Notes under the pieces: model-generated | Told to the model about the DNA's origin: nothing | The model's input: the letters and a program-made list of their open reading frames with translations, nothing else | Databases searched by the model: none | Made by a program: the position numbers and the translations under genes | Assembly (NCBI GenBank): GCA_963699635.1 | Contig: CAVOUQ010000018.1 | Location: 192,579 to 256,578, forward strand | DNA from: an uncultured Actinomycetes bacterium | GTDB lineage: Bacteria; Actinomycetota; UBA4738; HRBIN12 | Direction: 5' to 3' | DNA: 64,000 nucleotides | In this document: positions 59,627 through 64,000 of the stretch, one piece after another | Position numbering within the stretch: position 1 is the first letter of the stretch | Layout: each line of letters begins with the position of its first letter

Positions 59627-59980
59627 GTGGCGGACCACGAGGAAACGCTCTGCCGCGTCGCCCTGAACGATCACGGCTTCATCGGTTCGGTCCTCGCGAT
59701 GGATGGCGGGGACACGGGGGTCTGCCCGCTCGATCAGCGGACCCGCGCCCTCGTCCGCCTGGGATCGCTGGTGGCCGTGGGGGCGGCCGAAGCCACCTAT
59801 CAATGGTGCGTGGACGAGGCCATGGCCGCCGGCGCGACGGTGGACGATGTCGTCGGCACGCTCTTCGCGGTGATGCCCACGGTCGGGCTGGCCCGCGTGG
59901 TCGCCGCGGCGCCGAAGCTCGGGCGCGCGGTCGGATACGACATCGACGCCGCGCTCGAGACCTTGGACGATAAACCCTGA
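59627..59980 (+). CDS. Carboxymuconolactone decarboxylase family protein
   Basis: LDQRTRALVRLGSLVA, AMAAGAT..DVVGTL..V.PTVG.ARV. Confidence 0.8.
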   Translation: MADHEETLCRVALNDHGFIGSVLAMDGGDTGVCPLDQRTRALVRLGSLVAVGAAEATYQWCVDEAMAAGATVDDVVGTLFAVMPTVGLARVVAAAPKLGRAVGYDIDAALETLDDKP

Positions 59981-60110
59981 GCTCGGCCGTGCTCAGAGGG
60001 GTTTTTCATCCCATCGGAATGATGTGAGGTGCCCTCCCGGTAACTTCGATAGATTCCTCGTGACGGGAGGCGCGTCAAGGCCGCCTCCTCGGAGGTAGGG
60101 AGGGGGACGA

Positions 60111-60509
60111 ATGCAGCAGGACACTACGACCGGGTGGGCGGGTTGGGCGGCCTTCGCCGGCTTCATGCTGATCATGATCGGCATGTTCCATGCGATCGCC
60201 GGGTTGATCGAGATCATCGACGACGACTTCGTCGCGGTGGGTGCGAACTACATCTTCAAGTTCAACGCCCAGACCTGGGGCTGGATCCACCTGCTCGGCG
60301 GGATCGTCGTGCTCTTCGCCGGCTTCGGGGTGTTCACCGGTAAGGTATGGGCGCGCACCGTCGGCGTCATCGTTGCGCTCATCAGCGCGGGTGCGAACTT
60401 CGCGTGGCTCCCTTACTACCCCTTCTGGTCGATGATCATGATCGTCGTCGACGTCCTCGTGATCTGGGCGCTGACCGCCCACGGCCGGGAGCTCGCCCCG
60501 TCGCCCTAG
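60111..60509 (+). CDS. DUF7144-like membrane protein
   Basis: GWAAFAG, WGWIHL, WARTVGV, PYYPFWS, VIWALTAHG. Confidence 0.8.
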   Translation: MQQDTTTGWAGWAAFAGFMLIMIGMFHAIAGLIEIIDDDFVAVGANYIFKFNAQTWGWIHLLGGIVVLFAGFGVFTGKVWARTVGVIVALISAGANFAWLPYYPFWSMIMIVVDVLVIWALTAHGRELAPSP

Positions 60510-60545
60510 ACCTTCGCGGCGAGTAACCGAACGCAGATTGACATC

Positions 60546-60573
60546 AGCGGCGCCCCCCACCGGGGGCGCCGCT
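60546..60573. terminator. GC-rich hairpin between convergent genes
   Basis: AGCGGCGCCCCC-CACC-GGGGGCGCCGCT, 12-bp stem. Confidence 0.7.
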
Positions 60574-60654
60574 CTCGTGCCATGCCGAGAAGAGAGCGTT
60601 CAGCGGAAGGTGCCGCTGACGGTGCTCCAGTGGAGGGTCCGCCCACGGTGGCGG

Positions 60655-62345
60655 TCAGCTCTCGACCGGCGCGAGCGCGGCCAGGTCAGCGCCACCGACC
60701 ACGCTCCCCCGGCGAAGCGTGATCACCTCGTCGACCTCGGTGAGCCCCTCGGGGCGGTGCGTGATCAAGAGCACGGATCGTCCGTCCGTCGACGCCAGCA
60801 CGTCGGCGACCAACGCCTCTGCGGTGGCGGGGTCGAGGTGGGCGGTCGGCTCGTCCAGGACGATCACGCGGGCCCCCGCCACGAACGTCCGCGCCAGCGC
60901 GATCCGGCGACGCTCGCCCCCGGAGACGAGCTCGCCCTCCTCTCCGACGAACGTATCCAGGCCATCCGGGAGCGACGCCACCCAATCCCAGACCCGGGCC
61001 CGCCGCAGCGCCCGCTCGACCGCGGCGTCGTCGGCGTCGGGCCCGCCCGAGACGGACGTTCTCTCGGATCGTCGAGGCGAACAGGTAGGCGTCCTGCCCG
61101 TCGAGCGAGACGACCGAGCGAACGTCCCGCTGCCGGAGCGTCCGCAGATCCGTGCCGCCGACGGTGACCGAGCCCGTGTCGGGATCGAGGAACCGAACCA
61201 GGAGGGCGGCGACGGTGCTCTTGCCCGAACCCGACGGCCCGACGAGCGCGACCCGACGGCCGGGCGGGAGGCGGAGCTCGACGTCGCGCAGGCCCCACGC
61301 CTCCCCGTCGGCATACTCGAACCCGACCGACCGGAGCTCGATCGCCTCGTCGGCGGGCGGCGCGACCGGCTGGTCGGGGTCCGAGACCGCCGGCTCCCGT
61401 CCCGCGACGGCCAGGAGCCGGCGCCCGGCCTCGAGGGTCGTCTGCAGCCCGAGCGCCGCCGCCGGAAGGGGCGCAACCGCCTCGAACGACGCCATCGCGA
61501 GCAGCGCGAGCGCGGCGACGAGCACGCGGTCGAGCCCGCCCGTCGAGGTCGCCTGGACGGACACGGCGAGGACCCCGACGACCGTCAGTCCCGAGATGAC
61601 CACACCGAACCCCTCGATCAGGCCTCCGACCAGCGCATCCCGGCGCCCGAGCCGGACGAGCTCCGAGTCCAGCTCCCCCACCCTGGTCATGACGGCCTCG
61701 TCCGCGCCGAGGACGACCAGCTCCGGGGCTCCGCGAAGGAGCTCGACGAGCTGCGCCGTGAGCTCAGCGCGGACCGCGACCTGCCGCGGCCCCGACCGGC
61801 GGCCCGACGCTGCCGCGGCGAGGGAGACGGCGATGCCGCCGAGCAGCAGCCCGACGGCGAGAACGACACCCGCCGCGGGGAGGATCATCGCCGCGGCGCC
61901 CACCGACACGACGCCGGCCACGAGCGCGACGAGCGGCGGCGAGATCCCGCGAAGGAAGAGGTTCTGCATCGCGTCGACGTCGCCGACCATCCGCGCGAGG
62001 AGATCGCCCTTGCGATACCCCTCGATCCGCGCCGGGACGAGCGGCTCGAGGGCGCGATAGAACCCCACCCGCATCCGCGACAGCACCGCGAACGCCAGGT
62101 CGTGTGACTGAACCCGCTCGAAGTAGCGAGCGATCGGCCTCGAAAGCCCGAACGCCCGCACGGCGACGATCGCGACCGTGAGCGACAGCACGGGCGGGTG
62201 CTCGGCTGACCGGGAGATCAGGTAGCCGGCGAAGCGCCATCAGGCCGACGCCGGCGAGGACCGTCAGCGATCCCAGGAGCACCGAGAGCGCGATCTGGTT
62301 CCGGGGCGGCCGTCCCATCCGCAGCAGCTCGCGGAGCGTCGTCAT
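60655..62345 (-). CDS. cydC: Thiol reductant ABC exporter CydC (two frameshifts)
   Basis: [60 protein letters not shown]. Confidence 0.9.
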
Positions 62346-64000
62346 GCGCAATGCCACTCCTCTCCGCGTCGACGGCTCGGCCATGCGCGATGCGGATGAT
62401 GCGATCCGCCAGTCACGGCGAGCGCCGCCCGATGCTCGATGAGCAGCACGGCCCGGCCCGGGGCGAGCCGTCGGATCGCACGCGGCCACGACGCCGGCGC
62501 TCGCCGCGTCGAGGTTGGCGGTCGGCTCGTCCAGGATCAACAGCGGCGCGTCGCGCAGGAGCGCCCGGGCGAGCGCGACCCGCCGGATCTCGCCCGCGGA
62601 GAGCGCTCGACCGCCGTCTCCGATCCGCGTGTCGTAGGAGGAGCGGAGCTCCCGGATGAACTCGTCGGCGCCCGCGAGCCTCGCGGCCTCCTCGACCCGG
62701 GCGTCCGATGCGTCGGGATCGGCCATCGCGATGTTGTCTCGAACGCTGCCTCGGAACAGGGTCGGACGTTGGGGCAGCCAGCCGATCTGCCGCCGCCAGG
62801 CCGCCGGGTCGACGTCGCGGAGGTCGTTCCCGTCGACCGAGACCACCCCGGCGTCCGGGCTGCGAAGCCCGAGCAGCAACGAGGCCACGGTGCTCTTACC
62901 GGCCCCGCTCGCGCCGACGAGCGCGACGACCTCGCCGCGGCGGATCTCGAGGTCGAACCCGTCGAGGAGCGTGCCCGGCCTCCCGGGATAGCCGAGCGTC
63001 ACGTTCCGGAGGGCCACGACGTCCCACGAGCGCGGCGCCGAGCCCGCTCCGTTTCGGGGTGGAGGCATCGCGTCGAGCAGGTCGAGGATGCGCTCGGCGG
63101 CCGCGAGCCCGTCCGCGCTCGCGTGGAACTGCGCGGCCAGCGCCCTGAGCGGCGCGTACAGCTCGGGCGTCAGCAGCAGAACGGTCAGCGCCGCGCGCAG
63201 GCTCACGTCGCCGCCGATCAGGCGCACGCCGAGCGTCACGGCGACGAGCGCCGTGGCGAGCGTCGCCATCAGCTCGAGCGCGGCTCCCGACAGGAACGAC
63301 ACGCGCAGGACCTCCATCGTCGTCACTTCGGTAGGCCTCGCTCCTGGCCTCGATCCGCTCGGCCTGCTCCTGCCCCCGATTGAAGGCGCGCAGCGTCGGG
63401 AGACCGCGCACGACGTCCAGGAAGTGGTTCGAGAGCCGGGAGAGCGCTCGCCATCTCGCGCGCGTCCGCGCCTCGGTGAAGCGGCCGATCAACCCCATGA
63501 ACACGGGGATCAGCGGCAGCGTGACCAGCATGATCACGGCCGAGGTCGGATCGACGACCGCCGTCGAACGCGAGGACGACGATCGGCACGAGGACGCCGA
63601 GCACGACCTGCGGCAGGTACCGGGCGAAGTACGTCTCGAGCGCGTCGACCCCCTGCACGGCGGCGGTCGCCACCTCCCCCGCCTCGGTCGTCGTCGGAGG
63701 CCTGCGGTCCGTCGCGGAGACGCCGCCCGATCAGCTCGAGCCGGAGGTCCGACATGACGCGGCGTGGCCGCCCGGCGCCCGGTCGCCTCGAACGCCCCGG
63801 TCAGCACCCCCCGGCCCACCGCGACGACGGCGAGGGCCACGAGCGCCGGCCGGACGTCGGCGAGGCCGTCGCCGTCGAAGGCGTCCGCGACCACGCCGGC
63901 GAGCAGCACCGCCTGAGCCGAGCAGGGCGACCGTCGCGAGGACGCCGAGCCCGACGTCGACCGACGAGCGCGACCCGTGCCGCGCGGGCTCGACGCAGCA
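62342..64000 (-). CDS. cydD: Thiol reductant ABC exporter CydD (several frameshifts; start at or beyond the window edge)
   Basis: [67 protein letters not shown]. Confidence 0.9.

Overview
Very GC-rich DNA whose gene content (mycothiol-dependent MDMPI enzyme, coproporphyrin-dependent heme pathway, SHOCT/DUF7144/MalT-LuxR modules) points to an Actinomycetota genome. It is probably a long-read assembly, because many housekeeping genes carry single-base frameshifts. The backbone holds three tRNA genes (Arg-ACG, Ser-GCT, Ser-TGA), serS, two convergent heme clusters (hemA-C-D-B-L and hemE-H-G-Q), msrA and cydDC. Accessory DNA includes an IS481 element inserted at the tRNA-Arg 3' end, an islet bounded by a foreign tRNA-Ser 3' half, a vapBC pair and a ~19 kb membrane-protein/sulfatase/MalT-LuxR region. 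The most interesting locus is 37594-40002. There an unannotated 28-aa peptide gene (ending GAGWKWD) is transcribed divergently from a DUF5317-like membrane protein and a multi-TM histidine kinase, from two mirror-image sigma28-like promoters. This looks like an undescribed peptide signalling cassette (precursor, processing enzyme, receptor). Other candidates are a leaderless Met-Ala-stop uORF switch ahead of a TetA(P)-like MFS, a tandem 240-bp structured leader ahead of a MalT-like regulator, a PadR-pseudoNudix ORF with a clean operator inside the hem cluster, and a ferrochelatase with a CxxCxxCxxxC insertion. All family calls come from motif recognition by eye; no searches were run.
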